Source of the DNA: Botryllus schlosseri
Lineage: Eukaryota
DNA length: 64,000 nt
Assembly (NCBI GenBank): GCA_051294905.1
Contig: CM119371.1
Coordinates: 34,350,001 to 34,414,000 of the forward strand
Direction: 5' to 3'
How positions within the stretch are numbered: the first letter of the stretch is position 1; each line of letters begins with the position of its first letter. Below are positions 1-12,685 of this stretch, in pieces. The position numbers and the translations under genes are program-made. The notes below the pieces were generated by a model that saw nothing but the letters and a program-made list of their open reading frames with translations, did not search any database and was not told the origin of the DNA.

Positions 1-459
1 TCGGTCTATATACAAAGAGAAATAATTATATGGACAAGAGGTATAAATGTTCAGTTCAATTGAGTTCAATATTTTGTCAAAAATAATCATGTGGAATGGT
101 AGTACGTAGCATATAGATATTTTAGCAATTTGGGGGTGTAATAATTCTATTACCCTACTTGAGCTTGACTCAAACGTATACCTGACCGCAAGAAAAATTA
201 AATATCAATCGCGCAGACCACACGCCATACGGACTTGACCTTATAAGAACATATCTAATTTTTCCACATCTTTATGCCTTCCTACGCATTATGCACAGAG
301 GCTTGACTCACAGACTATAAAAGCCTCATCCAACAGCTATACGCAATACGCATTCATCAGTTACTCTTAATTCAGAGACATATTGCGATCGCTGCAAGGT
401 TCGGTATCAGTCAAATCTAACATCGCTGTATGGATGGCACGACGTAATGGCATATCAAA

Positions 460-2536
460 GTGGCTGCGACTCCGGCTCCGACTCCGACTCCACACATTTT
501 CAATATACCGACTCCGACTCCTGAGTCTTTAAACGTACCGACTCCGACTCCGACTCCGACTCCGACTCCTGAGTCTTTAGACGTACCGACTCCGACCTCG
601 ACTCCCGATTCCGACTCCAGCAATATTACCAATTTACTTCGAAAATTATGTGCCACATTTTCGGTTGAATGACTATATCATACAACCATTAAACATATGC
701 AAACATATTATTAACAGTGGCATGCTAAATTGTTTCATTGTGGCACAGCTCGAATTATCCACTATGCAATTAACATGAAAGAAAGATTTGCTAAATATCC
801 TTCATTTTTCAAGTTTTTATAACATGGACTCTCTAATATCCTGAAATGTATGAATCATTCAAATATGGCAGATATCCAATCATGGATAATAAAAATGTAG
901 ATAAAAAATCCAATTGTAGCTCTTGTGTATGAGTCAGCAACTAATAAAGAGATTAAACTTACTAATTTTGTCATTGCACACTATACTGATTACAAGCACA
1001 TACACTCTCACTACTAGTATCAATGGTCATAAATGGAATTTAGTCAAGTAGTCAAAGACCGTAGCCTATGTCTAGTCTACATGTACTTAATCAAGTATTC
1101 GAGGATTGGACTTGCAGTCTTTCTTAATCATTTGTTCGACCCGAACAGCTAAGCTACACTACACATGTTTTTATTTAGTCAAGTGGGAAGCATCGTTTGG
1201 TCATATTTACATCATTTTTACAATTTTACCAAACCAGCCGATGCATTTTCTCTGTCACAGTATCATGGTATAATCCCAAAAATTGCATCAATTTTGACTG
1301 CATCGCGAAAATGGGTATTGCGATTTTCTTCCCCTCTGCAAGTGAGTTGTAATTTGCAAGTAATGTCTAATTTCATCTATATCAGGGGAGGGCAACTTTT
1401 TCGGCCAAAGGGGCACATGAGATTTACGAACCATTGCGTGGGCAACTGTAATGTTGATAACCTTCTTTAGTCGTCCGATAGGAGCGAACCGAATTGGGTA
1501 ACATTGCAAACAAGACTTATATTTGTACGCTCTAAAATTGATAACAATATGTCATGCAGCTGTGCAGTGCAAAATATTTTTCCAAGATAATGACTGAATT
1601 ATATCAATAAATATGTTGCTAACATACATTGGGGGTCGCATCTGTATACCACTGGGCTGATTTGGCAAGGACATGATTATTCTAGGTTTAGACATAGCAA
1701 AATCGACGGTATCAGTGAACATGCCTCTATCATTTTGTGCAAATGTTTTGTCGACGATCTCGCTGCGAGTGCACAAGCGAAACCGCATGTTGGACGACAC
1801 GTTATCTCCTAATTGCGAATATAGTTAGACTCAATTCTGTGAATAATAGGTATTTATCATTTTCAGAAGGGGGCTCAAATACTGAATGCAAAAAATCTAG
1901 TGACAATGAATCATGCGAAGTACCGAGAAACAAAGTCAAATAAATCTGCTATGAAATATTCTACTTTATGGTCGTTTGCGAAGATCTGGGATAAATGTGG
2001 CTGGCCCCTGGATACGCCTATGCGTCAGAACTTTTGTTTAAGTCATCATCAAATTTCGCGGTCATGCTAATCAAATTTTGATTGGCCTTGCAATGGTACC
2101 TGATGTCATTAATAATTTCGAGAATTACCTCGCAGGCCACACCAACCTTCTCGTGTGCCAAATTTGGCCTGCGTGCCACGGGCTGGCGGCACCTGATCGG
2201 TATGGTCATTAATAACAGTGATTTGTGGTACATAAAAATTATATTGAAAATTCTTTGAGAGCAAATGTTCTCATGATAGAGAAGTTGGAGTCGGAGTCGA
2301 AGTCAGGGTCATTCTCACAAACTCCGACTCCGATTCCAGTCTGTAGATTTTCCCACCGACTCCGACTCCGACTCCGACTCCAGCTATTATAGTTGTCACG
2401 ACTCCGACTCCGACTCCATCAAGCGAAAATTACCCAGACAACGACGCCGACTCCACCGACTCCGACTCCATCAAGCGAAAATTACCCAGACAACGACGCC
2501 GACTCCACCGACTCCGACTCCGACTCCACAGCCCTG
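460..2536. mobile_element. Non-autonomous DNA element with (ACTCCG)n subterminal arrays
   Basis: ACTCCG arrays at ~469-620 and ~2320-2527; right end ..CCACAGCCCTG; flanked by direct repeat TATCAAA (453-459, 2537-2543). Confidence 0.7.
1383..2195. mobile_element. Degenerate hAT (Charlie/Buster-like) MITE nested in the ACTCCG element
   Basis: Left end CAGGGGAGGGCAAC, right end ..TGGCCTGCGTGCC..GCACCTG; imperfect 8-bp flanks ATCTATAT/ATCGGTAT. Confidence 0.55.
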
Positions 2537-3180
2537 TATCAAACCGCAGTATAATTCGTATTATTGCCGAAACTTGGACCTTTCAGAAGATATTAAACTC
2601 ATGGCTAGTTAAAAAAACATAATTGTTCCCAGGCGGCTTCGCTTCGGGAACCATTGGTATACAGATTTACACGCGCAAACTGTGCCAAATTCGTAGGAGT
2701 ATTTCCATATAGTATTTTTACTGGACATTTACCGGTATTTTGAGAGGGCACTCATATTATTATAAACGCATAAGGCTCGTGAAACTTTTACCGTTCTTTT
2801 ACTGTACCGTATACCACCTTTTTAGATGAATCGGTATGACTATAATATAAGCACCATAAATCTTACTTTGTATACATGCGCGTGGGATGGGAAATTTGTA
2901 ACTATAGTACTCAATTATGATTTCAGGATGACCCGTGGAGAATTCGGAGGGAATGCGTGGGTTTGTCTAGACCAGTAATATAAACCAAGATGATTTCATA
3001 GAGCTCTTTTGACTGCTTGCGCCTAGAATACACACATCACCAGCTTGGTTTTAGTTTCTTCATGCGCTGGTCCTTGGATAAATCATTACAAAGTTGACAA
3101 ACTTATTTGTGTTGTTACCAAGTAGAGGGTTTGTAGTCTTCCGCCCATATCGAAAGATCATAATAATGTTATAGATATAC

Positions 3181-6100
3181 CAGGGATATATAGAACTCCG
3201 GGATGGCTGACTGCGTCAATTGCGTCATCGCGGCATTACCTAAGTAGGTCCGGATTCACGCATTCAGTTTTGATGCACGTTCTAGTCAGCCGCTGCATCT
3301 GTGTGTAATTTCAAGTTTTTGAGAGCGGTAGGGGCATATAATATTCATGTTTATGTTCTTATATAAAGCTATAGGTTAACTAGGTTATGAAATGTTCAGG
3401 TAGTCTGAAACTTTGCGATATTAGCCCTATTCCTTCAGCAGCAATTTAGCGGTATGCCGGTACGGTCATTTACTCGGCTTCGGAATATCTCTGCTTCTGT
3501 AGTATCTTATGTAACATGTTTTGCTGCGCTGATAATCGTGAGAAAATAACAAAATGTAGAATAATTAACGTTAACATTGATATCCGCAGTATGATTTAGA
3601 TTACGCCTTGCGGTATGTTTTTCATTTACCGGTATGTTAAGCAAATGTATGTCACCATACCATCCAAGGCTGTACATTGTACAAGTACAAGTGTACATTT
3701 ACACTGTGCCGTGTGAGCTATGAAGGCGACCGTTAGGAGGGACTTCGTCAGTTAAGATCTTGTGCTATAGATTAATATGTGAATATGCAGGTAGTGCTGG
3801 TAGCCTATTGCAGGCTTACAGGTATTCCAGATCATTGCTTGATTATTCTTAGTAAGAATTGGAGCCACTGAGTACACTACCGATGTGCAAGATTCAAGAG
3901 GCATTTCAATTAAGGATAACCAAACATTTGAATCTAATACAAACACAACACGTCAAGGTCGTTGCAGTTGTAAGTGTCCATAACAACTTTTGAATCAAAT
4001 CTCTTGTTACAGATACTATTCATCAGTTACATGTCTGATAAAACAAGGCAGGCATATGTTTGTTAATGAATGGCACCTTAATGCTACAGTACTGGAATTA
4101 TACTTCAACAGAAATGCACTGTTGTGAACTGCCAATGGCTGACTTCCAGTACAGTATATGGCCACAACATTTGTTGACCATTTGCTCTTACTGAAGCCAT
4201 GAAGATGCCCACTCCCTTGAATGGATAAGCCAACACAATCGTCAGGACACGGTACGACCCTGAGATACGGCCTGTCTTTACCATATAAACACTTATAGCC
4301 TATAGGCCTGTACGACGAAGGAAGAGAAAACTCTGAGGATTGCTTTCAATTTGCAAGGTTTCGTCAAATCGTCGCAATAATGCATTGGAGCTCTCCTCGG
4401 TCGGCCAAAGGTAAGTTAGGCTGATTCTAGTAATATGTTATTAAATGAGCGATTTACATTAATCCTGATGTGGTTAAAGTAGTCAAGTAATAGTTGTATT
4501 CCCGGGCGTACTGGTATTTAAACTTCCTCAAGTAGCTGTAGAAAGTGAAATGCCTGCAAGGTACTTGAGTTTGGAGATGGCTGCTTCAAATTTACAAGAT
4601 TTATCTTCGAAAATAGGCAACACCTACTTGAGTACTACAATGAAGTAGTAGTTCTTCACTATAGAACAACTCTGCATACATCTATATATATATATTCTTA
4701 AGGTTAATTTGTGTCTCTAAATACATCATTTGTTCATTTTTGTTGCAGATTCCAGAAAAACTAACGCGATGTTCCAGCATTTGCATCACGTCAACAGTGG
4801 ATATCCTGATATATTATACTGGGCACATCCCATTGAAATCTTGGCAAATATGGCCACAATCTGAATATTTGGATCTCGTGCCTCCTCACCGAGATGTTTT
4901 TTTGGCATGGAATCATCTATCGCTCTATCGGAAAATCTGCAAGACAATGATACTGAATATTTCTTAACTGATAAATGGCATGAAATGCTTCAGGACGCCC
5001 ATTCGTGATGTACCGTTAAGCCATGGTTGCAATTTCTTCACTGCGGTCATGAATCTATTGCTCGGTGAACAAAATATCAGCTGAATTCAACAACTGGGTC
5101 TACCGAATGCTTCTCAAATTGATAATGATATGTACCAAACTTCTACCCCCCCCCCACCCAGGCTGCATTTGAACCTGAAGAGAAGTATCAATGGTGTGTT
5201 GATTTCTTGATCAACTTTCATTGAGTGACATAGAAGATGACAATGCTGCTATCACAATTTCGAGTCCTTACAGGCCGTGCTATCATTTCATTATTGTAAA
5301 TGCTCCATGGTGGGGGTGCATCTGAAATAAACTGTGTTTGAAACACAATGTTTAAAACATGATTTAAACAGTGTTTTAAACAAAGGCCTTTTGAAAAAAA
5401 TTCTTTTCAAGTTGTAAAATTATGGCATAATTGTGTAAATACTTTCCAAAACATGTGTTGTATGAGCCTACGGACGATTACCACCCGATATAGCCGACTA
5501 ATATCGATATGGAATGGCTGGAACCCTCAAAATAGTTGGTTCAACAGCAATAGCACATATATTTCGTCAAAGGAGCTATTTTTACCCTATATTTTCAATT
5601 GCCAATGTCAATCCAATATGACGTCACTGTTGAATATTCTTGACGTCATCGCTTAAAAAAAGTATGTTTTATACAAGGGCCTGGTTTTAAACATGTTTGT
5701 TTTAAATGCAACCCTATACTTCATGGTAATTGTCGATTAATGCTAATTGAAATGGTTGATTTAATCAATCCTATTACCCCCCCCCCCCCCTTCCCAGCTG
5801 CAAGGTTTCAGACAATGGCTTGTAAATAGGTAGAAGAGGCTGATATTATTCGTTATTCACTCTGTTATTTATGGCCTGATGCAGATTATATGATGTGTAG
5901 AAATTAAACACATTCATGATTTACTGAAATTCAGAGTTGTCATAGTTTACTTGGTTGGCTATACAGCAGTGTCATACTTTACTAGGTTGGCTATACAGCA
6001 GTAAGGTTGTGATATGGGAAGAATGTCTAGCTTACTCACTAACTATTCTGCAAAAGAGTGAGGATCATTATTCTAGAAACAGCTGTATCGCTAGCTTGCA

Positions 6101-6200
6101 GAAAAGTGAATATTTCGAGGCAGATTGCAGGTAACTTTCTGGACCTACTTAGGTAACGGCCAAAATGAAGTCAGCCATCCCGGAGTTCTATATATCCCTG
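3181..6200. mobile_element. 3.0-kb TIR DNA transposon, non-autonomous, with 8-bp TSD (P-like or hAT; possible THAP remnant)
   Basis: Perfect 32-bp TIR CAGGGATATATAGAACTCCGGGATGGCTGACT at both ends; perfect TSD AGATATAC (3173-3180, 6201-6208). Confidence 0.92.
5311..5716 (+). mobile_element. MITE family TAGGGTTGCATTT, copy 1 (nested in 3181-6200)
   Basis: Ends TGGGGGTGCA../..TGCAACCCTA; internal ATGAGCCTACGGACGATTACCACCCGA shared with copies at 6795 and 39812. Confidence 0.75.
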
Positions 6201-6449
6201 AGATATACAAAGAAACAAGTTGCTTCGAAACAGTGAATCACCATGTGGGTACGACGACAGTTATGTTGGCCTGTTTATTCGAAGATCCGTATACGGTAAG
6301 AAACACGAAACTGCTATGTATCTTAAGTCGCAATCTCGCACTATGAAAGAGGGTATACCATCTGGATATAGTAAATCCTCTACCTTTACGATAACACTAT
6401 CACACAGAATCAAGAAATTGACGGCGTATGTTTACCTCCGTTACTCACA

Positions 6450-6522
6450 GCCGCCGTAGCTCAGTGGTTAGAGCACTGGTCTCGTAAACCAGGGGTCGTG
6501 AGTTCGAATCTCACCGGTGGCT
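6450..6522 (+). tRNA. tRNA-Thr (anticodon CGT)
   Basis: Cloverleaf: acceptor GCCGCCG/CGGTGGC, D arm GCTC/GAGC, anticodon stem CTGGT/ACCAG with CT-CGT-AA loop (anticodon 6483-6485), T arm GTGAG-TTCGAAT-CTCAC; 73 nt. Confidence 0.95.
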
Positions 6523-6525
6523 TGA

Positions 6526-6607
6526 GTTGTCGTGGCCGAGTGGTTAAGGCGACAGACTAGAAATCTGTTGGGCTCTGCCCGCGCAGGTTCGAATCCTGCC
6601 GACAACG
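6526..6607 (+). tRNA. tRNA-Ser (anticodon AGA)
   Basis: Acceptor GTTGTCG/CGACAAC, anticodon stem ACAGA/TCTGT with CT-AGA-AA loop (6559-6561), long variable arm GGGC-TCT-GCCC, T arm GCAGG-TTCGAAT-CCTGC; 82 nt. Confidence 0.95.
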
Positions 6608-6611
6608 ACTA

Positions 6612-6615
6612 TTTT
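6612..6615 (+). terminator. Putative RNA polymerase III terminator (TTTT) after the tRNA pair
   Basis: First run of 4 T, 4 nt after tRNA-Ser; there is no T-run between the two tRNAs. Confidence 0.6.
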
Positions 6616-6794
6616 CTCCTCGACTACATATTATGTTATATCACTATTGTTATGCAGTAGTAGCAATTTAATCATATCATATGCTGCAAATATACTGTGA
6701 TACCAGCAGAACTCCTGACTATTTAAAATTGTACAACTGTCCATAGAATTTTCGGAATCGCGTCAATGACTCGATGACTGTAGTTAACCTGTAC

Positions 6795-7262
6795 TAGGGT
6801 TTCATTCAAGTGTTTTAAACAGGGGAGTTTAAATAATTGTGTTTTTTTATAAGTTGTATAATTATGCCATAAATTTGTTGGCCTAAATACTTTCCAAAAA
6901 CATGTTGTATGAGCCTACGGACGACGATTACCACCCGATGTAGCCGACGAATACGATATGGGATGGTTGGAACCCGCGAAATTGTCGGTTCAACAGCTAT
7001 AGTATACGTTGATATAGATCATTGGTACGGAATGAATGTTTTGATGATGATTACCGCCGACCGCAAAAATGCTGCGTTAAAGTCCTGGTTAAGGATTTTG
7101 AAAGATATTTTTGGTCCGTTTATGACAGGGGTGGGAAGCCTATTTCGTCAATGGAGCTATACGTCATGACTTTGAAAAAATACAAAAAACAACAATAAAA
7201 AACATGGGCCTTGTTTTGAACATGTTTGTTTTAAATTGATTTTCGTTTTAAACACAACCCTA
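6795..7262 (+). mobile_element. MITE family TAGGGTTGCATTT, copy 2
   Basis: TAGGGTT../..AACCCTA ends; 8-bp TSD ACCTGTAC/ACCTTTAC; internal homology to 5311-5716. Confidence 0.8.
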
Positions 7263-8200
7263 ACCTTTACTGTGGAGCGAGCCATCACGCTAACCTGCTA
7301 GCGATAGCGAAGCCAAGGAGAACGCGGAATTTTCTGTGACTCATCAAAACAACGAACTACCAGATTACACATCCAATTAATGACTGTAGATTACTGGTTC
7401 ACAATGTGAAATGTACATCAAAAGAGTGTTATAACAACAAAACCATTAATATATGATTTTCACAAAAAAACAAAAACTATATGATGACTATTTCTTGCGA
7501 ATAAGTGTGACTACTGCTTTTCCCTGTCTCATAGCACTTCGAAATTGCGAGGCTTCACGTTGTAATGTACCATGACATTGCTCGGCCAAAACCCTGTACA
7601 GAGTGATACCAATTGCTCAATTGGAAATGAGCTAATAAATATAGAAGATAGAATCAGTAGTTCAGAAGGACGGTACTTCGATTTCGAACCCGAATCAAAC
7701 TGCGTACGCCCGTTCACACAACGCACCGCAACAGTCATGAATGTACTATTGATCGCGTCTAATGGTCTGCAGCCAATGAAGCCATGACGGGTGTGTCATC
7801 ACGGATCATATGTAAGAATTGAGCGTTTGTCTTGATCTCCATCGAACCCCTGAAACTTGCTCAGCGATCCCGGGAAATCCCTGTCAATAGCCACTGCTCT
7901 ATGGTGATCGAGCCGATTGCTAAATCAATAGACCTAAAATAGTTCATTCAGTTAGATATATTGCGAGTTGAATGGAATCGCGCGCCTTGGAGACAAATAG
8001 CGCGGGGGCAAATGGTCGATAAGTTGATTGGTATTGTAATTAAAATAACTGATGCACGTTTATTTTACGAACTTCGGTTGACTATACCATTCAAACTGCA
8101 TATACCAGTCGAAGCCGCGGTCGACAGTATAGCGCGTAGGGGAAATTCCAAATTTTGCCTGATTGTCATGTCTCAGTGAATCGCTCTACCTTGCTTTTAT

Positions 8201-8363
8201 CTAGGCTCCTCCACGCCATCTCATCCGCGTCAGCGGTGTCTTACAAAAGCGTAAAGGTGGGCCGTGCTATAAGTCGGCAGTTACGGAAAATGAGAAGGAT
8301 ATCGGCCTGGTGTAAATGACCATAGTAGTCGACAAACTCCATGAATACCCCCAAAACAAACAA
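8201..8363 (+). mobile_element. 5'-truncated SINE (family J) with (AAAC)n tail
   Basis: Homologous to copies at 28105 and 33353; 13-bp TSD ACCTTGCTTTTAT (8188-8200, 8364-8376). Confidence 0.85.
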
Positions 8364-9579
8364 ACCTTGCTTTTATGTGGCTAGTCCTCATCCTCAATAG
8401 CTTGATTTTCAATATACCGAACATGGTTTGCAGTCCATTTTCGAGCCTTTCAATTGTTGATGGCTAAATTTCGTTTTCATGACCGAAACATCGTCGCGGC
8501 CCATATTCGAGGCCTTGGAGACCTATTTAGGTAAAATACAGTGGTGATCCACGTTGTCATCGTTGGTAATCGAGTGGGAGCAACGTGGTAATTTTCTACT
8601 AAAGGGTACCTAACAGTTGCGCTTTTCACGTTAGTAAAAAAGTACGTATTCTAAGCCCGGGTTTGCCCAGAAAGCTTCAAATTGCCAAGTATAGAAGTCT
8701 ATGCCAATGGTTCTCAATTGCCTGCCCGGGTCAACTTTTCTGCTGGTCCTCCATATATCGTAAAGTTTTATATTTCAATTCCCAAATGCAAGAAGTTGGC
8801 TTCTTGTCCACTAATTAACGAAATAAGCATCACATTTTAAATGTATTTAGAGCTGTGGAGCGTAATTTTGTGCATGATGTCGTAATGAAAGTTTAAGGTC
8901 TTTTAGGCGTTCGTCATAATGACACAAGTGTTATTAGAAACTGTCAAAAAGCAGCCTGTAAGTCGTTTTGGACACGTTATATGTAAAAACTGCGGTGTAT
9001 ATTGAACAAACTTTATTTAGGCAACTCTTGGCCCATACCCCTATAACAAATAACAAAGTCGCATTTTTCAAGGAATACCGAACAATCACAATGAAGTTAC
9101 AGTTAGATATTTAGTATCAAAAAGGCATCATCAAATGGAGTTTTCAATATCACATTCAAGTTGTCGTAATTATATCTAAGGTGAATTTTAATTTTTGAAG
9201 GTTCACCAGTCCGCAAGATTTGTTTTGAAGTTTTATCAGTCTGCGGGTTAAAGAGGATCAGAATCAGCGGTATCTGGTTAAATAGGAAATAGATTCTTCG
9301 AGGCTATCAATAACGTTGATTGCAATTATACGAGTACTCGGACCCGAGTCGAGTATTAATTGTTACGATTCGAGCAGTGAAGGCGATTTTATTCGAGTTC
9401 TGATATACGATCCTTGCCGCTGCGAGTTGTTTCATCACAAACGAGATGCTTTCTCCACGGCGAGAAAGTCTTGAAATCATCCCAGCATCCAAAACATGTA
9501 ACACAAAGCTGTACACTGCGACGTTTTTGTGAAATAGTGATTTTTCGACTCGAGTCAAAGCCTATTATTCGATTCAGAC

Positions 9580-10300
9580 CAATGTTCCCTCTCAAGACCC
9601 GCATCTTCCGTGCCACTGTCGAGCAGGTTCTTCTCTACGGAATAGAGGCACTCACGCTGACAGAGAAGCTGGCTAAGACGCTCAACGCTAACTACGACGC
9701 ACTCCTCCGCTATGCACTCGGCATTCACCATCCGGAGCATATATCCACGAACGCATTGCGAGAACTCACAGGAACGGTCCCGTCCCATGCCGTCTACTGG
9801 CAACTGAACGACGCTTCCGCCTAATCGGCCATCTAGTGCGGCATCAAGACGAGCAACCAGCCGCCGCCATCATCAATCACATTCCCACGGAGCCATGGCG
9901 CAGAGGTGGCTGGAATCGGAGAACATGGTGCTCAACAATGGAGACTGATCTAGCGCAACGCGGGCTGTCGCTTGAAGACGCCCACGACCGCCTACGTTGG
10001 AGACGCTTAACACGAGCCCAAAACTGATTACCTCGATGTTCTTTTGTCTCCTGTTTTCTTTTGCCCTTTTTTTATTTTATCTAATTGAAAAGTCGATATA
10101 TATATATATATATATCCCTCTATTTCTTCACGAGTCTGCGCGCACTGACCAAATCACTGCGCGGTCCTTTGGACAACAGTGCGTAACGACTAAAAATGGT
10201 CATCACGTCGGCTTTTATGTGCGCAGCTTAGATTTTCTGTGAGCAGAGACCGTGTCAGCCCTGCGCAATTGCACACGCGCGCAACTTGGAGGGAACATTG
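9580..10300. mobile_element. hAT-type MITE (TIR CAATGTTCCCTC) interrupted by an RTE fragment
   Basis: TIR CAATGTTCCCTC/GAGGGAACATTG; perfect TSD ATTCAGAC (9572-9579, 10301-10308); a related end occurs at ~61950-61996. Confidence 0.85.
9593..10114 (+). mobile_element. 5'-truncated RTE-clade LINE (ORF C-terminus with frameshift, 3' UTR, (TA)n tail)
   Basis: Translates to KTRIFRATVEQVLLYGIEALTLT..LLRYALGI..ISTNAL and, after a frameshift, GHLVRH..RRGG..RRTW..ETDL..AHDRLRWR, typical of the RTE ORF end. TSD TCCCTCT (9586-9592, 10115-10121). Confidence 0.85.
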
Positions 10301-10600
10301 ATTCAGACCCGCATTATTAATTTACGAGCACTTAGTTATTATTATTATATTTAAAAACAATTTTAGTGACGCATATAACAACTATGGTCTTTTGCGTCAC
10401 GACATAACAGTTGCTGATCGAATCGATATTGCGATAATCAGTCAACTAAACATTTAGTACTGTATCTTTGTCTTCGCAAGGAATTCACACAGCAAAGGTA
10501 ATATATAATCAGTAGTTATTATATTTTCCATGGTGAAGGGTACTCTCAAGTCCAGTACGGCAGCTCTAAACTTAGTTAAATCAATGTGTATGTAGTAGGG

Positions 10601-12206
10601 CAGAGGTCTCAAACTCAAATGTGCTCGCGGGCCAATTTCCTATTTTTGATGGCACCGCGGGCCGCACCACCAATAATATGGTAATTCAATGTATTTCAAA
10701 GTAGGCCTTATTTCCTGGTTTCGAGCATAGGTCCACTCCTTATCAGATAACTAGGCTATATTGACATGTCATTACGGAAGTCAAATAGAATCAGCGTTTG
10801 ATTTTACCTTCGAATGTTGGAACAGATCAATAACAACTTGAACATAATGGATCTGTGCAATAACAATAAAAATGTGCAATCGCCGAAGATTCCGTAGGTG
10901 TTACAGCTGTAAAGCGTAGGCTACGACTATAGTTGATGCTCGCCACATTAAATTGGCGACAATAACATATATAAAGTTACCCAAGATGACACGGGATGTA
11001 ACCAACTATATCAAGGGGGCAACATAATGCCAATGTCGGTTGCCTACATGCTTAGATATATAAATAAGCTACGCAACGCAAGCTACGGCTTTTTGATATT
11101 TTACTATTTCTCCTACCACTTTGATAGTTTGTTCATAGTGTCCTATATGGTGTGGACATCTCACCGTGGACAAATCTCACGGCTCAGTGAAATTGGTCTT
11201 TGTCACACTTTGGTCAAAGGCAATTTGACGGTAATTTTTGACCGGCTTGTCCTGCATTAGCCTAAATTTGATAAAACGGGTAGCAATGGAATGCTACCAC
11301 GGTACTGATTGCGAAAATATTAATTTTATTCTGTTCGTGGCCCTGGAACTCGCCAAAATAAGCCTCAAATGTTGCATTGTAAGTGGGTTTGGTATTGTGA
11401 CGCAGCCATGCCGCCGTCTGAGCAGCTCAAGAGCAAATGCGCACGAGAGTGAGAGTGCTCAATCGCTTGCGTAACGATGGCCAATACGCTTGCATCTTGC
11501 GGTGCTCCTCGCCTGCTCCCAGACGTCATTGCTGCATCACAATACCAAACTCACATACAATGCAACATTCGAGGCTTATTTCGGGGAGTTCCAGGGCCAC
11601 GAACAGAATAAAATTGATATTTTCGCAGTCAGTACCGTGGTAGCATTCCATTGATACCCGTTTTATCAAATTTAGGCTAATGCAGGACAAGCCGGTCAAA
11701 AATTACCGTTAAATTGCCTTCGACCAAATGGTCGGTGTGACGAACACCAATTTCACGAAGCCGTGAGATTTGCTTGTGTCCACACCATATAGGACACCAT
11801 GCTTTGTTGCGTGCGTGGTTGTAGCAAGTCACGGCATTCCGAGTCACAAAAGTCCTCTGATTGTAACGTTTGACGTGATGAGTACGAGTACGAGTAATTC
11901 TACAGAGGGTCGCGCTCAAGTTCAAATCACAATTTTCAGTCACGAATCATAAACGTGTCATGTTTTACCATATTAAACAAGTAATGTCACGTAATAGTTG
12001 ATCTTCCACTGAGTGGTAACTTTTGAAAGTGATGTATTAGTGAAGTTCGATGAGTAGTTTCAGGCTTCCGGAGTAGAATTTTAAGTTCTTAAAAATTGGT
12101 AGTAAAATATTGTCGAATACTTCGAAATCCAAAACTCCGTCGCGGGCCGCACAAAATGGTCTCGCGGGCCGCATGCGGCCCGCGGGCCGCGTGTTTGAGA
12201 CCTCTG
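10601..12206. mobile_element. hAT Charlie/Buster-like non-autonomous element
   Basis: 14-bp TIR CAGAGGTCTCAAAC; GCGGGCC subterminal motifs; perfect TSD TAGTAGGG (10593-10600, 12207-12214). Confidence 0.92.
11134..11801. mobile_element. Foldback-type MITE with ~280-bp inverted arms, nested in 10601-12206
   Basis: Ends CATAGTGTCCTATATGGTGTGGACA / TGTCCACACCATATAGGACACCATG; arms ~11134-11420 and ~11515-11801 are reverse complements; flanks GTTTGTT/CTTTGTT. Confidence 0.88.
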
Positions 12207-12674
12207 TAGTAGGGTATGCAGAGTAAACATTTACTCAATCCCTCTGCTTGCCAATCCTCGGCTCCATTGCGTTGAGCTTTGCGCCCAAGTACATAATTAC
12301 ATCTTGTTGAAGTTGGGGGGAGGGTGGGATGTTGACTGGGGCGGATATATATATATATATATATATATCGTAGTTTTGTGTTTATTACACGCCTCCTGGA
12401 CGAATGATATAGCAAGGAACGAGAAGCAGCTTTAACACGAATGGTTTTGATTGCAAAAAGGTCCGCGAAATTTTGTTGCTTATCAAAACGTTTGTGGAAG
12501 TGTGGAACGTATAGACATGCAAAATTTACGTGTCACACATTCGTAACACTGAAGTCAAGCTTCTGTTTGTACAATCCTCCGGTAGTACGCCCACTGGCAC
12601 TGAGCCTATGATGGCGTAAGAGAAGTTTTTAAATGTTTATGTATTATGTATAATTGTATAGTCTCCATATCCCC

Positions 12675-12685
12675 GGGACTTCCCC
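12675..12685 (+). promoter_or_regulatory. NF-kB/Rel consensus site GGGACTTCCCC upstream of E2 paralogue 1
   Basis: Matches GGGRNNYYCC; about 103 bp upstream of the ATG; equivalent sites precede the other two paralogues. Confidence 0.7.

Noticed and set aside
417..672. ORFs encoding PT/GV dipeptide repeats
   Set aside because: Translation of the (ACTCCG)n subterminal array of a transposon, not a gene.
2392..2527. CRISPR-like repeat-spacer pattern (also the GACTC-rich regions)
   Set aside because: Eukaryotic context, tandemly duplicated units rather than unique spacers, no cas genes; these are MITE subterminal repeats.
9414..10027. 136-aa and 63-aa ORFs as a host gene
   Set aside because: Frameshifted C-terminal fragment of an RTE LINE joined to unrelated upstream sequence.
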